From: Octopus bimaculoides
Taxonomy: Eukaryota
Length of the DNA: 53,635 nt
Assembly: GCF_001194135.2 (NCBI RefSeq)
Contig: NC_068982.1
Coordinates: 180,936,902-180,990,536, forward strand
Direction: 5' to 3'
Each line of letters starts with the position of its first letter. The first letter of the stretch is position 1. This document shows positions 1 through 12,488 of the stretch, piece after piece. The notes beneath the pieces were generated by a model that saw only the letters and a program-made list of their open reading frames with translations, did not search any database and was not told where the DNA came from. Position numbers and translations under genes: made by a program.

Positions 1-135
1 GTGGTGATAGCAAAGGGACAATTACTTCTAAAGAGAGGGAAGGTGTAAGCAGTATGCATGGACAAGGCTATAAAAGTATTAGAATCTAGAGGTTTCACTG
101 GTCATAGTAGTATCAGGTCATTTTATTACTATCAA
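1..135 (+). repeat. Diverged copy of the sequence forming the inner left arm and spacer of the 37.1-37.9 kb palindrome
   Basis: gggacaattacttctaaagagagggaaggtgtaagcagtatgcatggacaaggctataaaa aligns by eye with gggacaatcacttctaaggaaaaggaaggtgtaagcattatgcatggacaaggctataaaa at ~37414-37474; similarity continues through ctggtca and a T-rich ttact motif. Confidence 0.8.
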
Positions 136-519
136 AATGTTGAGGAATTAATGTTGAGGAATTATAGCCCTAGGTATATGGGTCAAATAGGTTTTTTACT
201 TTTAGTCTGAATAGAGTAACAGTATAGTGGTACAGACAACAACATAATTCTAACTAATGTTTACACAATAAGAGGTATATATATATATATATATATATAC
301 ATACATATGCACATATATGTACATGCACAATACAATGAACCAACCGCTCGAATATTTTCGCTCCATAAGTTAATTGCATCTCGTCTGAGAACAACAATTT
401 GGTAGCAATAAAATTTCACTTTTATTGTAATTTTCTTAAAATACTGCGAAAGCATAGTTGCATTATATTACGTATGCAAAAGATACATATATATGTAAAC
501 GGGTGGATGCTGTAACACC

Positions 520-900
520 AGAAGAAGAAACAGTTATTTTTGAAATTTCAGGTTATAAAAATATAAATAGGATTGGAGTAAATGTAAGAAACATAGTGAT
601 TAATTGCATCAGAATAGACGTGTTTGCTCATTCATCATCCTCTCGTTTCATTGCATCTAGATTTACCACGATGTACAAAACTTTTAAGTACAACGATTGG
701 TTTAAATCCGATTTTAATGTTAACATCAAGATAACACAGTAATATAGCATCCTAACAAACAAAGTACCTTGGCTCATTAAATTAGAATTGGGATGATTAC
801 ATCAAATGCAAGCGTCGTATGAGTGACATCAAGATATTATCATCAGAAATCCACCATTGATCTCGATCGCAGAAAAATAAATAAATAAAGCCAAATGCAT
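520..900 (+). mobile_element. Highly decayed non-LTR retrotransposon RT fragment (RTE-like)
   Basis: Frame from 762 reads KYLGSLN*NWDDYIKCKRRMSDIK, resembling the RTE motif KYLGS.I..DG....EIKRRI..AK; upstream NVNIKITQ resembles IN.KKTK. Confidence 0.4.
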
Positions 901-1719
901 ACAACAGAATGCATCAAGATTTTTTGACTTCATCTTTGGAAAGGTTTCCATGAGGAAGAATATTGTCAAAAGTAAGTTGAAAACATTACAGACACACTTA
1001 CATTCTTCGTACAAATATTTTGTATTTTGTTTTATGAGTAGTCATAGTATATACGTGTATATATATATATATATATATATGATAACGAATTAAAAACAAT
1101 ACAACAGTTGCATCACTAGGGGTCTCAGGTATTATCATTCACACACGTTCAATGTATGTGCTCCGTTTGTCCGCCGGCTAGCTGCCGAATAGTGATTGGG
1201 GAATGACTCACTCCTTATTTTTAAAATACCTGAATATCATGCACAGGGTGGAAATCGAGACTCTGATACCATTCAGGATTAAGGGATACCGATATTTTGT
1301 CATTTTGTGGCTTATCAACATCACATATCTGAATCGATCCGGAGACGAATCGAATCACTAGTCCATGTTTCTATATAAGTGGTGTAAAAACAACTTGCTG
1401 TTATGCCACAGCGATGTGTACGTCATATTAAATTCAATAACGCTAGCGTTGTACACATTATGTACCGTACATACTCAATGTATGCGTTTTGTTTGTTCAC
1501 TGGTTTGTTGTCCTGTAGCCCTTGGGGAAAGACTTCCTCATTATTCTGGGTGGCGAAACAGCTAAAAATCACAGAGAAGCGAAGCAACTTGCCACCGATT
1601 CTATTCAGGGGAGATAGATACCGATATCTCGTCATTTTTGTGTCTTACCAACAGCACGTCCCTGCATTGAACAAATAGAAAATGTACCAGGTTTCAAAAC
1701 TAAATAAATGAATAAATAA

Positions 1720-1810
1720 AAGTACTAGTGCCGATGCATCCGACTAAAGATTATTTAAGGTGGTGCCGCAGCATGCCTGCAGTATAATGGCTAAAACAAC
1801 TTTAAAGATA
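1720..1810 (+). mobile_element. SINE 3' fragment
   Basis: gactaaagattatttaaggtggtgccgcagcatgcctgcagt...ggctaaaacaa matches the 3' end shared by the SINEs at 33.8 kb, 34.5 kb and 53.5 kb. Confidence 0.55.
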
Positions 1811-2199
1811 ATATATGTACGTGTGTGTGTATAATAAGGAATGGATGAGACATGGATAGTTATATATCGTTAAGATTTGTTTGTTAAAATATTTCCTTCA
1901 TATTCAATGCGGGCACGTGTTTACGCTGACCTTGTGTCCGTTAATGTAGCAGAGACGTAGTTAATTATTGTATGGCTAGTAGGATTGGAAACAATAATAA
2001 ATGTAATGAAGTTTATGTAAGGGAGGAAACTGAGCGTAGAACACAATCTTCTGGATTAAATGAACTGAGCAGCGAATACAATATCAACAGTGGTTTGTAT
2101 GTCGGCATTATAATATCAAAACTATCGTCAAGTTGTATAGTCACCACCCTAAAGCTGTAACTGAGCGAGTAAATGTAACGATTGTTTAATACTTTCTAG

Positions 2200-2630
2200 T
2201 ACACGGAGAGCAAGGCATCGGAGTTAATGAGCTGGGTATTGTGAAAGACCAAAACAAGAAATTTTGCTTATTGACACGAGTATTTCTTGTAATAATAATA
2301 TATCGGGCAAAGCTAAGAATATTTAAAGATTTCCGAACTGAAATTGAAAGAATGTGGCAAATCAAGGCAGTTACAATACTAGAGGGTGCACGAGCACTAC
2401 AACCACTAGGAAATGAAGAGTATTTGAGAATGATGTCTGCCTTAGTGCGAAACATATTGTAAGCGTTATGGTAGTCAATCCAGGCTACTCCCAAATTCGT
2501 CCGACAAATGCTGAATGTGTGGTGATGTGAAACACGATTACAAAAGACGACATGACATCGTAATAAGAATGATCCATTAGGTGCTCTGTGGAAATCATGT
2601 CCCAGTGAAATCAGGACCAATGAGAAGGAA
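2200..2630 (-). mobile_element. Decayed RLE-type LINE RT fragment (R4/Dong-like)
   Basis: Minus ORF 2186-2620 contains RTNLGVAWIDYHNAYNM (~2453-2503), matching the family motif KTNLSMAWIDYKKAYDM; flanks are unrecognisable. Confidence 0.55.
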
Positions 2631-2719
2631 GAAGAAACCTGAACAATTATGATTTTAAGTCTGATATGTATCCTCCCTACCTCATGATCTTGTGTATATG
2701 CTTATGAATGAAGGTAAGT

Positions 2720-3530
2720 CAAAAATAACACGCGCTCTTGTTGGTTTCAGTTTCTTGTCCAGCATTACGCTAGCAACTAAAGACACCTTTGAGAGATAAT
2801 GTTCCAGTACAGGCCCTTTTGTGTCCCCCTAAAGTCGAATAGCATGAATTGTTCAGCGAAAAGTGAGTCTTGTATTACATTTACGCAGGCAATGCTGAGA
2901 GCTTCGACTCCATACTCTACCTTTTAGACTCTCGCTCAAATTAGTGGACCCATCTCTCATCTCCTGTGACTATTCTCTCAAAACGTTCTTCACCTTCGAT
3001 GTCGTAGTGTTTGAGTAAGCGTTGGTATACTTTAGAATCATTGCTTTTATATGCTTCAGTATGTTCTGTTGGCGCCCATCTAACAAAAACTCCGAAAGCG
3101 CAGATAGCCGTAGAAGATTTCCAATACAGAACGAAAACTAATTTGTGTAGAATATACAACCTTATCGATGATTACTCTCCTGATTGCCAGAACCATCACT
3201 TCGTACCTCACAGTTTTCAGGCCATTTTAAAACTTCTTGATCAAGTATATCCACTGTAGACTGCTCCTTCTGTATTGAGCTGAAAGTCTGCAATGAGCTT
3301 TAGTCTCTCACTCATCTTCAGCCTCGCGAAATGGGATCACTGATCTCTGTTTTCATTGCGAAAAACTACAAGCGGAACGGCCATGTTTACTCTGTAACAC
3401 AAGAAAAAAAAAACAAAAACTGAAGTGATGAATCCTTGGTTACATAAGCACAGTAGTACCATCCGTTCATACGCGAGAGCTGAAACCAAATCCTAAATGC
3501 AGTTTTGTCATAAGTGCATATAACTTTTTA
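2720..3530 (-). mobile_element. Tc1/mariner transposase pseudogene fragment
   Basis: Minus strand reads VRWAPTEHTEAYK...YQRLLKHYDIEGEERFERIVTGDERWVH (mariner WVP and RIVTGDETW motifs), then FERESKR*SME and GDTKGPVLEHYLSK. Stops and frameshifts are present; no TIR pair recognised. Confidence 0.85.
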
Positions 3531-3584
3531 CTTCCATTGAATGTATGTATGTATGTATGTATACATGTATGTAATAATAACCTC

Positions 3585-3765
3585 CCCTACTCCATGCTAC
3601 GCCAAGGGAAAAGTAAAGGCCGATACAGCTTCGTACAAGTGACGCCGAAATTCATTTCGACAGCTCAGTGAACTGGAGCTACTTGAAATAAGCGTTGCTC
3701 AAGAAACGAACTCACTACCTCATGACTGAGCTTCCAACGCTCTAACAACTGAGCCATGCCACTTC
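3585..3765 (-). mobile_element. tRNA-derived SINE, diverged
   Basis: Reverse complement begins ggcatggctcagttgttagagcgttggaagctcagtcatgaggtagtgagttcg, a tRNA-like head with Pol III A-box and B-box similarity. Confidence 0.65.
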
Positions 3766-3820
3766 ATATGTATGTGTGTCTGTGTGTGAGTTTATAGTTA
3801 AAAGAAGGACAGAGAATGGA

Positions 3821-4224
3821 GGTAAAGACATCAACAATTATTTATTATCAAATTGGCCATCTTCGCTTCTTACAGACGTTTCAATTAATACTCAATAATT
3901 TAATTACAATTTTGTATATTAAATTTTCATTTATGTAACATGAACATAATTTCATTACAGACAAAAAAAGATATACTTTGAGATGTTGTATGCGGACCTA
4001 TAAATCGATTTCAGAGTCTGCTGAAATGAACTGAAGAATCTGAAATGAACTGATAGGTCCAGATATTACATCTGAAGGTACATCTTTTTCTCTGATGAAA
4101 TTATGCTCATGTCACAAAAATGAAAATTCAATGTACAAATTTGTAATTAAATTATTGAGTAATAATTGAAACGGGTGTAAGAAGAGAATATGACCAATTT
4201 GGTAAAAATAAATAATTGTTTACC
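3821..4224. mobile_element. Palindromic MITE / fold-back element (~400 bp)
   Basis: Left arm aacaattatttattatcaaattggccatcttcgcttcttacagacgtttcaattaatactcaataatttaattacaa...gagatgt is the approximate reverse complement of acatctgaagg...ttgtaattaaattattgagtaataattgaaacgggtgtaagaagagaatatgaccaatttggtaaaaataaataattgtt. Arms are ~150 bp, with an inner GGACCTAT/ATAGGTCC pair and no ORF. Confidence 0.85.
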
Positions 4225-4681
4225 AGTATTTCGTTGGCTGCAACTGTCCCTTCACGAGGTCAACATACCCTCTAATTAAATTTATATATATANNNNNNNN
4301 NNNNNNNNNNNNNNNNNNNNNNNNNNNNNNNNNNNNNNNNNNNNNNNNNNNNNNNNNNNNNNNNNNNNNNNNNNNNNNNNNNNNNNNNNNNNNNNNNNNN
4401 NNNNNNNNNNNNNNNNNNNNNNNNTATATATAACTGTATGATCCAATACTCGAGGTGTAGTTAGAAACTTAGCATTAAACAATCTGTATTGAATGAAAAA
4501 CAAAAAAAAAAAACAATTTTCGGGAACAATAGTAGTTTATTGAGACGGAAGTTTGCGGATTCCTTTTCATTTACCGAAGAACGATGATCTACAAAACAAG
4601 TTCTTTTTATCTTCCTCGGTAAGCAACTATGGTTGCCGCGTGGGGTAAAAACAATGCAAGAGTTACAGAATGGAGTATGGG

Positions 4682-4780
4682 AAATCCGGGCTACATATGT
4701 TTCATAGCGAGTGCAATCTCAGAAGTTATTTTACCACTTCTGAGGTTCCACTCGCTATGAAGCATATGTAGCCCAGATTT
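4682..4780. repeat. Near-perfect inverted repeat: 45-bp stem, 9-nt loop
   Basis: 4682-4726 versus the reverse complement of 4736-4780 differ at 4 of 45 positions (2 G:U, 2 mismatches on the + strand); loop TATTTTACC. Confidence 0.95.
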
Positions 4781-6404
4781 ACACACACGCATACTCACAT
4801 ATGTGTGTATGTGCATATCTTTATATAATATATTGTAGAGTTCGTGGGATTAAAGTGATTATTCAATTATTATTTATAGCAATCGGGTCAGCAAGGAGTT
4901 CCTTAAATGAATAAATAATTACATAAATATTCGCTAAATATAGAACAAATAATCTAGTAAGACACTTAGTAAGGGGTCAGTTGTTTAGATATTTATTATT
5001 TATTTTTTGTGTGTACATACACAAACATGCATATACATAAACATGCATGTACATGAGAAGAGAGACAGATATATAGAATCGTAAAAAAATAGATAAACTG
5101 GGATATATTCCTCGTTGATATCCACAGGTTGTTATGAGTGTCTGTCTGTGTGCATGCAGGCTTATGTGTATGTATGTGCCTGCTTGAGCAGGCGCATGTA
5201 TATTTCCATTTATTCTCCCCTCTACATCTCAGTTTACAGCTTCTGTTCAATGAATTCCTGCAAAACACATGGAGCGAAGTAATAAACGGAAATAAACGAC
5301 TTCATAAATATATTGCATAATTACATAAGTATATGTAATTTGTAAATGCATTACGTTGATTATGTAACTTTCTCTATCAAGCGTCTTAGACTTCAAAACA
5401 CATATGTTTGCTTATTCCTGTAGATATTCTTAATTGAAATATGATGAATATCTAAACATACACGACGTCATGTCCGCCCAAATATTTCCCACTTTTGTAA
5501 TTAGTCTATTTGTATTAGACAATTTTCGGAAGTCTCATAATTACATCCTTAATGAATGGAAAAAAAAAAAAAAAATGTACTAAAGCTGTGTTTTGCCTTT
5601 AAACTTTCTGCTGTTTACGTTGAATCTATACTGTTACTAAGAATTTTTTGTAACTGTGATAATACTAAAGTCGCCATACGATTTCCTTTAAGGTGTTATT
5701 TTAATATCTGAAACACAGATCTAACAGCAAATTCTACACACCAGCACAATTCGCGCTGAATTATAAGGACGTTCTGGAGTTAATCTAACTCTATATGTTT
5801 TTTTGCAGTTTTCCTCCACAAAATTATTTTACTTGAAAAACTGTATGCTATTAAATTAGAAAAAAAAATGGTAAATAGGCTGAAACATTTCATCGGGATA
5901 CGCGGAGAAGTTGGGAGACGGTACCATTTCTCACTTCTGAAATTAAAACATAAGCTGTTTATCCTATTTATGCTGCTTTTCTCCGCCCCTTTATCAAGTG
6001 CCTGTCTAATCTAACGCGTTATTTATAATCACTGCATTTCAATTTATTAAGCAAATACAGTGTTGCATATCAGAGCAAAGTTTATGACGTTTCCTTCACA
6101 TCTTATACTTCAGCTCAGTCCATGATAATCGCGTCATACTATTCTGCTACAGTCCGATCATATATTTAAACTGCATACTTCAGCGCTCGATGTAGCCGTT
6201 AAGCTGCTTCCCGATATCTTAAAATTGCCACGCTCCCGCAAATACTATCTTACATTCTCAGAAAAATAAAAGCCATAAATAATATATTAATGGAAATAAA
6301 ACAAATAACATGCGATACTTACGACTGGGATATACTTGGTTTAATGTTTGAATGATGAGGCCAGTTTTAGTACAAAATAATTATTACGAGAATAAGATGA
6401 TGAT

Positions 6405-6582
6405 GAAGAAGGAGAAGAAGAAGAAGAAGAAGAAGAAGAAGAAGAAGAAGAAGAAGAAGAAGAAGAAGAAGAAGAAGAAGAAGAAGAAGAAGAAGAAGAA
6501 GAAGAAGAAGAAGAAGAAGAAGAAGAAGAAGATGAAGAAGAAGAAGAAGAAGAAGAAGAAGAAGAAGAAGAAGAAGAAGAAG
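6405..6582. repeat. (AAG)n microsatellite, ~59 units
   Basis: Read directly; one GGA and one GAT interruption. It explains the poly-K, poly-L and poly-F ORFs at 6352-6636. Confidence 0.99.
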
Positions 6583-8729
6583 AGTAGCAGCAGCAAAAAT
6601 AACAGCAACAACCAAAACTTGCATCACCTAAAATAAATGTATTTATTGCAATGACACATGTGGGTTAGAACGAAAACTGATTGTGGAAGTTACGTTTATG
6701 AATTTCTTTTCTAAGATTGCTAATGTGAAATAATGTGTTGAAACGGACGGTCATTTTTTTCTTGCCGAATAAACAGACGCACTATATACTCGTTCTTCTC
6801 TACAGCTTTATTATTGTTCTTATTTCATGTCCAGTGTCTCGAAATCTTTCGTCACACACGTGTGACCCATTGAATGACTTTTCATCCCACGTCTGTTATG
6901 TGGCAGGGAAAGTCGCTGAAGAGTGCACACAGTTGAGTGGCGAAAGCGTTCCACACAATGAACATAAAATACGAACAATAAGAAACAAGTGAAAAACTAA
7001 TGTATGGTGCGTCTGTTTCTTTGTCAAAAAAAAAACCCCAAAAAAACGACGATCCCGAAGTATAACGATAATTCCGGAAGTATAATAAAAAAAAAATCGA
7101 AAGCCATTCGATATTTCCTAATCTCGTAGTCGTATAACTTAACTTTAATTCATTTTTTCTTAAATGGAATATCTAGAGATGATTAGACATTTGTAATCAT
7201 AAGCCATTATAATAAAGGTAGTAGCTCATCAGAAACGTTGGTGTGTCAGACAATGTCATATGGTATTTAGTTATGGTTTCTTGAATTTTGAATTCATATG
7301 CATTCAACATGCTTTTCACCCTTTGGAGATCGATAAAGCAAAGTAGTAACCCTTTTCTGACATCAATTTAATAGCCTGAAGCTCTCACTAAGTTTTACTG
7401 TCTTGTCCCTATGTAAGAAGACACCTGTAGCACGAGCTGTCTTTTTTTAATGATACTTTTCCTTATGCAACTTAGAAGAATTCTATCTTCTATATCCGTA
7501 CAGATTTAACACAAAGTTGAAAGTGCTCCTCAACTTTGTCCACAGGCAGATTGTGGTCCTATCTTTAACTAATATTAGGCTTCGCTCAAATAATTTTTAA
7601 GCGGAGTAATTAATAGCATACATTTGTACTAAATAAAAGTTACATGCAAGTCAAGTTCTAAAGTGGATTTCTACACACTACTAATGGGACAGATATATGA
7701 GTATGAGAAAATCTAATTGTAATGGTTCGGATTCAAAGTAAAAGTTACGAACAATCTTACTGTTAAATTAGTTTGAGTCATAATAAAAAAAATATCTAAT
7801 AAAACTTCCTTTAATAGCACAAATATGAAATAGTTGTTCAACTCTTTAATTCTTTGTTTTGACCATTATAGCTACGATTATGCTGGAGCAACAAGGCTGG
7901 GTATGAAGGAAAGTAAGAATTTCAGGATTAATGTGCATAATGACCCTACTATATCGATGGCCCTTAATATACTAAATTATTCACCTTAATAATATTCGAA
8001 AAAATACCGAACAGCGAAATCGAGAAATTGCAAAAATGCATCAGCTATAAACGTATGTATACGAATGAATGTAAGGGTTATAGAGACCTATTATAATATC
8101 ATAGCGAGATTAAAGCTAGGATAATGGCAGAATATTGGACAAACATTAATACATTGTATTGTGGTCTTGAATAATTATTTTTTATTGGATATTGACTTGA
8201 CACGCAGAAAGTCCTAAGTGAAGAATTCTCGGATTTAGGCAATCTGTGTCCAAAAACACCAACAATCATTTCATAGCACCTTCAGTAAGAAATATATCTC
8301 TGAAATGACATTTTCAACCTTAGTTTTCTCATAGGAAATCAGTATCAAGACACAATCTGATTACTTGTTGCGCCAGCCTAGGCTACAAAAAATTATTGTA
8401 TTAAGCACGTGCAAATAGTATTGCTATTAAACAAACATTTAGGTCAGTTGAATTACGTTTCGCAAAATTCTTGAAAGTGAAACTGTAACAGACTGAAAGT
8501 GTTGAATATTAATTTACAAAGTTCATTGTTCCAAGCTAGCTGTAAACAATTAAGAAGAAAATGCAAAAAGTTAAAAACGAATCAGATAAAGCTTGAACAC
8601 AGTTATTAATGAAACACACACACACACGCACACACACAAATATACATACATGTGCATATATATGTATATATATTTATACATATATATATGTATATATATA
8701 CACGCACTTACGCACACGCATACATACAC

Positions 8730-8771
<42 letters not shown>

Positions 8772-9096
8772 NNNNNNNNNNNNNNNNNNNNNNNNNNNNN
8801 NNNNNNNNNNNNNNNNNNNNNNNNNNNNNNNNNNNNNNNNNNNNNNNNNNNNNNNNNNNNNNNNNNNNNNNNNNNNNNNNNNNNNNNNNNNNNNNNNNNN
8901 NNNNNNNNNNNNNNNNNNNNNNNNNNNNNNNNNNNNNNNNNNNNNNNNNNNNNNNNNNNNNNNNNNNNNNNNNNNNNNNNNNNNNNNNNNNNNNNNNNNN
9001 NNNNNNNNNNNNNNNNNNNNNNNNNNNNNNNNNNNNNNNNNNNNNNNNNNNNNNNNNNNNNNNNNNNNNNNNNNNNNNNNNNNNNNNNNNNNNNNN

Positions 9097-9640
9097 ATGT
9101 CTCTCAAATGTTTTGGCAGGGCATTGAAGAGCTGAGGTCCTCTGAAACCGAGGCTGCTGCAGTATCTCGTTCTTATGTGAGATGCAGTGGACGGTACCTT
9201 TGGCACCATGCAGTGGCGACTCGTGCGGGCATTCCTGTAGTACTTGATACCAAAGTTTGGCACCAGTCCTTCCAGTATTTTCCATATGTATATTATTACA
9301 TATCTCTTCCGTCTGCGCTCCAGGGATTAGAGACCTAGTGCCTTCAGTCGCTCCCTGTAGTTCATCTGTTGGACTGTGGCGACCTTTTTTGTATAGTCCC
9401 GCTGAATTGCCTCGAGTTCTGCTGTCTGCTTAACACTAGGCGGCTCAGAACAAATGTCTTCCATAGAATCAACATGACGTTTTGATCCCTTGCCAGTTGT
9501 CTGCACTTTGCTGTCACATTGACAATGTGCATGTGAAATGATGCATCACTACACATGTTGATGCCCAGATCTCTTACTGTTTGTGGTTCTGGGATTGCAG
9601 TACCTCCAGGCCCTGTGTATGCCAGTTGGGAGGTACTTGT
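9097..9640 (-). mobile_element. CR1/L2-group LINE 3' fragment with internal deletions, running into a gap
   Basis: Minus strand reads VRDLGINM, MLILWKTFVLSRL and PNFGIKYYRNARTSRHCMVPKVPS...SLGFRGPQLFNALPKHLRD, the C-terminal RT region of CR1-type ORF2. Confidence 0.9.
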
Positions 9641-10140
9641 GGTCTTGTAGCGCAGTACTTGTAGCACAGTGCTTAGATATATATATATATCTAATAAATA
9701 ATTAAGACTCAGTTGAATTAGGTACTTAAATTCAGAGCACCAACGCAATTCGGTGTAACCCGCGCAGCTCGAAGTTAGGTGAATAAAAAGTATCAGTGTC
9801 CAAGTGTCAGTGCATTACGGCCGTTTCACGCGGTTCTATTTAATCGATCAATGAAAACATTACATCAATTTGAAATAAACCTCTCTCCTCGGAAGCAGAC
9901 GACTATATAGATTACCAACATGAAGGATAAACCATTATTTTTCAGCAAAATTACATCTGTGCAAGAGACTAAAATAATTACGTTGTTTCAATTTGCTATT
10001 TTTGTGGCAGAACGAATTCAGGGAAAAATGTATATCTAAAGCCCAGTACAATTTAGGGTGGCAGTGGAAAATAATGGGGGTCAAGAAAGAGAAATGTTGA
10101 TATAGCCTCATTTGTATGTATGTTTATCACATTCATAATA

Positions 10141-10214
10141 CTTAATGCAGTCCTTAATGCAGACTTAATGTAGTCCTTAATACAGACTTAATGCAGCCCT
10201 GTTCAGGGCTGCAT
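10141..10214. repeat. Five 11-12 bp CTTAATGCAG-type units ending in a perfect 10-bp hairpin
   Basis: cttaatgcagtc cttaatgcaga cttaatgtagtc cttaatacaga cttaatgcagcc; ATGCAGCCCT (10191-10200) pairs with AGGGCTGCAT (10205-10214), loop GTTC. Confidence 0.9.
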
Positions 10215-10398
10215 ATGTTCTATAACATAAGTAATAGTATTAATAATAATAGCGAGAGAGAAGATTTTTCAAATCTATAATTTTATTTACTAGTTATTTA
10301 CAACGTCTTTTCGGGACGAGAAAAGATACTGTAACTAACTGTCAAATAAAATCATGAAAGTAAAAAAACAATCTCCGTTCTTCTGATCATTATTCATA

Positions 10399-10456
<58 letters not shown>

Positions 10457-12423
10457 NNNNNNNNNNAATAGTCGCTTATTGACGTAGAATGTTGCAGATT
10501 TTCCCCCTATCGCAGTTCGATAAGCTGAAAAATTACCTAATTTTGGAAATAACTGCACTGTCATCTCGTTTAATCACTGCTTGGCCAAGCTATTTCACTG
10601 TTACGGGTACACAAATTATAATTCTTTGTTTCTTTTACCGCGACACAATACGTGATGTGAACAGCAGTTCGAAGAACCAGGATAAATAATTCACATATTC
10701 ACACACTTCTTTCGTCAAACAAATTTCATTGGTAGACTTTTAACAACTCAGACTATAGTAAAATGTACTACCTAAAATAAGCCTTGAAGTGATATTCAAT
10801 ACCAGGTTTGGTGAATGCTAATTGAACTTCGTAAACACTCGGCTATGTCAGTGTGAACAGCCTGTACTGTTCTAGAGATATTACTACATCTATACACTTG
10901 TTTATGATAATGTATCTAGTATTTTGTTTCACAATGGTTATTTCAAAAAAAAAAACCTCTCTCATTACCTCAATCACAGCAGATAAACTTATAACGATAT
11001 GCACATATGTACGTCAACAATATTTCTATTTATAGAAGTCCATTGCTAGTGTACGTATGCATTTGTGTAACCATTGTATATATATATATATATATATNNN
11101 NNNNNNNNNNNNNNNNNNNNNNNNNNNNNNNNNNNNNNNNNNNNNNNNNNNNNNNNNNNNNNNNNNNNNNNNNNNNNNNNNNNNNNNNNNNNNNNNNNNN
11201 NNNNNNNNNNNNNNNNNNNNNNNNNNNNNNNNNNNNNNNNNNNNNNNNNNNNNNNNNNNNNNNNNNNNNNNNNNNNNNNNNNNNNNNNNNNNNNNNNNNN
11301 NNNNNNNNNNNNNNNNNNNNNNNNNNNNNNNNNNNNNNNNNNNNNNNNNNNNNNNNNNNNNNNNNNNNNNNNNNNNNNNNNNNNNNNNNNNNNNNNNNNN
11401 NNNNNNNNNNNNNNNNNNNNNNNNNNNNNNNNNNNNNNNNNNNNNNNNNNNNNNNNNNNNNNNNNNNNNNNNNNNNNNNNNNNNNNNNNNNNNNNNNNNN
11501 NNNNNNNNNNNNNNNNNNNNNNNNNNNNNNNNNNNNNNNNNNNNNNNNNNNNNNNNNNNNNNNNNNNNNNNNNNNNNNNNNNNNNNNNNNNNNNNNNNNN
11601 NNNNNNNNNNNNNNNNNNNNNNNNNNNNNNNNNNNNNNNNNNNNNNNNNNNNNNNNNNNNNNNNNNNNNNNNNNNNNNNNNNNNNNNNNNNNNNNNNNNN
11701 NNNNNNNNNNNNNNNNNNNNNNNNNNNNNNNNNNNNNNNNNNNNNNNNNNNNNNNNNNNNNNNNNNNNNNNNNNNNNNNNNNNNNNNNNNNNNNNNNNNN
11801 NNNNNNNNNNNNNNNNNNNNNNNNNNNNNNNNNNNNNNNNNNNNNNNATATATTCATATTATTGGTATACGCTTCATGTATGCTGGTATGCTCGCAATGT
11901 ACATATATGCGAGACAGTTTCCTGGGCAAATTGATTCTAATTTCGAAGTTGGCAAATATGAGCTGAGGTGAATCTAACTGAAATGTCAGTAGAATTATGT
12001 TATAAATGTTTTAACAGATATTATCAGCGTGAAGTCAATTGTATTTTAGCAACGTATTCGAACATTACTGTTCTTTCTCTTTAGTTAGTGTTAGTAATAT
12101 TATCTTGTTCTCTTCTACGCTTCTGTACCCTGATAACTTTTCTAACTCTCTTCTCACTAATTTCTTTCTTCTTGTCTTTTCTCTCTTCCAAATATTCTTG
12201 CTATTTACAACTACATGTAGATTCCACTTATTCAAATATTTATATTCATATTTGCGGTACACCAAGTGTATGTAAATCATATATATGTATGTATGTATGT
12301 ATGTTCATATGTACATGTACTTGCATGCATATATATGTCGGTATGTATTTGTACTCACACACATACGCACAGATATACACATATATGTACATATTACCAT
12401 ACATTACATACATAAATATTCAT

Positions 12424-12488
<65 letters not shown>

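Noticed and set aside
6916-6951. Hammerhead-like CUGAAGAG...GCGAAAGCGUUC
   Set aside because: Stem II needs a bulge and stem I cannot form; no PLE context.
7511-7539. Perfect 10-bp hairpin ACAAAGTTGA / TCAACTTTGT
   Set aside because: Isolated, AT-rich and short; plausible by chance in 53 kb.
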